In this document: positions 62,164-64,000 of the stretch, piece by piece
Layout of the letters: each line of letters starts with the position of its first letter
Position numbering within the stretch: the stretch's first letter is position 1
Source: Asterias rubens
Taxonomy: Eukaryota
DNA length: 64,000 nucleotides
Direction: 5' to 3'
NCBI RefSeq assembly: GCF_902459465.1
Contig: NC_047081.1
Coordinates: 9,424,001-9,488,000 of the forward strand
Program-made: the position numbers and the translations under genes
Notes under the pieces: model-generated
The model's database searches: none
What the model saw: the letters and a program-made list of their open reading frames with translations, nothing else
Told to the model about the DNA's origin: nothing

Positions 62164-62493
62164 CTAGGCGCGAAATGCTCCAACCGCCATTGAAATTACC
62201 AAGACGGGGATACTGGACGCCAGACCACTTACACCATTATTATCATTCGATATGAGATTATTGACGCACCCCTGCCATACTGGTGCCACCTGTTGTGGGA
62301 AGTTTCTGGCCGGCCTGAAGTTTGTGTCATCATATTGGTAGTAGCTGCCATCATCGGTGAAGAAATATGTGCGTGAGTTTTCCGAACTTTTCGAAAGCTG
62401 CTCCCACTTGGTTACCAGGGATGTTCCATACACTGAGCGGGCGCGGGTACCCATCATCTACACTTTGGCGTCTGAAGCGATAGTACTGATCAC
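62164..62493 (-). CDS. Terminal exon of a third MMP (MMP-C), paralog of MMP-B, with an apparent +1 frameshift; upstream exons lie beyond the window
   Basis: TTCTGCAG|[38 protein letters not shown], then one base out of frame NSRTYFFTDDGSYYQYDDTNFRPARNFPQQVAPVWQGCVNNLISNDNNGVSGLASSIPVLVISMAVGAFRA*. Colinear with MMP-B exon 9. Confidence 0.85.
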
Positions 62494-62935
62494 CTGCAGA
62501 ATACCAATCAAGCATCATTTATTCGGTGAGTTTCTCAAGTCGTTTGACTCGAAATTGTATTATCATTGTTATTTATTCGCCATTTCATAAAGTACAGAAA
62601 CACTACAACAACAACAGTTTTGCTACATGAACAATAAACATGTTTTACAGAACTATCTGTAGACCAACAAGCTCAATAGCAACTATACCACTTGTCCTGA
62701 ATGAAGGTTTTGATAACAAGGAACTCGTGAAGAAAATATGAGAGAGATGGGGGTAGATTGGGTAAGGACAGGAAATGGGGTGCGGAGATGGAACAGCAGA
62801 GAATTAGGAACAGAGTTAATCCAGTTCAAGTTCACTGTGACCCGAAAGTCACCCAATCCAAGTGTTGATCGCGTGAAACAAAACAAATTATTTTGTACAT
62901 AAAGGTTTGCAGTATAATATCATGTAATGATTCTC

Positions 62936-63299
62936 TTAAAACCATTGGACACTTTCGGTACAGAACAAAATAAAAGTTCACCGATTTACAAATAACTTAC
63001 AGGGTTTACAAAAGGTAATGGTGAAAGACTTCCCTTGAAATATTATTCCATGAAATGCTTTACTTTTTGAGAAAACAGCAAAACAATCATAACTTCTCGA
63101 TATCGAGAATTATGGATTTATTTTAAACACATGTCATGACACGGCGAAACGTGCGGAAACAAGGGTGGGTTATCCCGTTATTTTCTCCCGACTCCGATGA
63201 CCGATTGGGCCTAAAGTTTTACCGGTTTGTTATTTCATCAGTTGTGATACACGAAGTGTGGGCCTTTGGACAATACTGTTTACCGAAAGTGTCCAATGG

Positions 63300-63304
<5 letters not shown>
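62936..63304. mobile_element. Family B MITE followed by poly-A tract (63303-63338)
   Basis: TIR A[A/G]CCATTGGACACTTTCGGTA / TACCGAAAGTGTCCAATGGCT with TTAA. Confidence 0.9.
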
Positions 63305-63339
<35 letters not shown>

Positions 63340-63412
63340 GAGGTTCTAAAAAAGACCGTTTGTTTCAACTCGACGTTTAGTTCAGTATGTTCCGATTGTC
63401 TTCTGGGGAAAG
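63340..63412 (-). mobile_element. Degenerate hammerhead-bearing repeat copy
   Basis: CCC-CAGAAGA-C-AATCGG-AACATA-CTGAAC-TAAA-CGTC-GAG-TTGAAACAAACGG on minus. Confidence 0.5.
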
Positions 63413-63595
63413 CTGAGTATACCGCACATGCGGAATAGCTTGGTGATGCACGAAGGTGGGAAATGGAGCTCGGTGGTACATGGTACAACGGGATCCTATG
63501 GTGTCCCTGAAGGGACATCGCACATCGCAAATATTTGCAAAGATACTTGCGACATCGCAAATATTTGCAAAGATATCCATAGGATCCTATATACT

Positions 63596-63760
63596 TAGGA
63601 TCATGCAGTAGTGTCTCGCCCCGCCTTCTACCCCATGGGACCGCGGTTCGAATCCTACCAGCGGGCACTATGTGGATTGGGTTTCTCAACCCCAAATAGA
63701 CTTCCCCGAAACGATTCCTTCCACTTCTAAGACTGAAAGATTCTTCATTGTCTTCCCACC
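63596..63760 (+). mobile_element. tRNA-derived SINE
   Basis: GGACCGCGGTTCGAATCCTACCAGCGGGCACTATGTGGATTGGGTTT; same family as 160-312. Confidence 0.65.
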
Positions 63761-64000
63761 TCGTCCAGATGCTGAAAAGGCATAGATGTAGATGTAGTGT
63801 GTGGTGATGGTGTGCCCACTAGTCCAAGGATACCGAGTAGGACCCAGTTGTCATCATTTTGGTGTTACCGCAAAATAACCCTTACTGTATCGTATTTCCA
63901 CCATACATTTCCAGTTACAAATCCTACTTAGTTTTCTTACTAACCTTTTACGAAGTAAATTACGTTGTTTCCACTCCATACAAAGGCTGCGTCCAAGTTG

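Noticed and set aside
63219-63695. 158-aa minus-strand ORF
   Set aside because: It runs through a SINE, a tandem repeat, the hammerhead repeat, poly-T and a MITE, so it is a composite of repeats.

Overview
Eukaryotic, AT-rich, repeat-dense genomic window. It is most likely echinoderm (starfish-like); this is an inference from a hatching-enzyme-like MMP and the repeat landscape. There is one 135-N gap (1977-2111). I found no rRNA, bona fide tRNA or CRISPR array. Genes were assembled by hand from GT-AG splice sites and reading phase. (1) A 3-exon-CDS SLC35A-type nucleotide-sugar transporter on the minus strand (30796-33470, 350 aa). (2) A cluster of three matrix metalloproteinases: a complete 10-exon secreted hatching-enzyme/envelysin-like MMP on plus (40082-46751, 538 aa); convergent with it, a complete 9-exon furin-activated MMP with a GPI-type tail on minus (50260-58960, 518 aa); and the last exon of a tandem paralog (62164-62493) that carries a +1 frameshift. 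(3) An orphan signal-peptide exon (20559-20658, minus) whose downstream exons I could not resolve. The rest is dominated by TTAA-flanked (Kolobok/T2-like) MITE families, other MITEs, tRNA-derived SINEs and LINE 3' fragments. The least expected signal is a dispersed repeat carrying a minimal type-I hammerhead-ribozyme fold of the kind known from Penelope-like elements. Three copies with a mutated core lie sense in introns of the three MMP genes, and one copy with an intact core lies in an inverted pair between the convergent MMPs. Nothing here proves a wholly new system. Protein family calls rest on motifs and on my recollection of family sequences, not on a database search.
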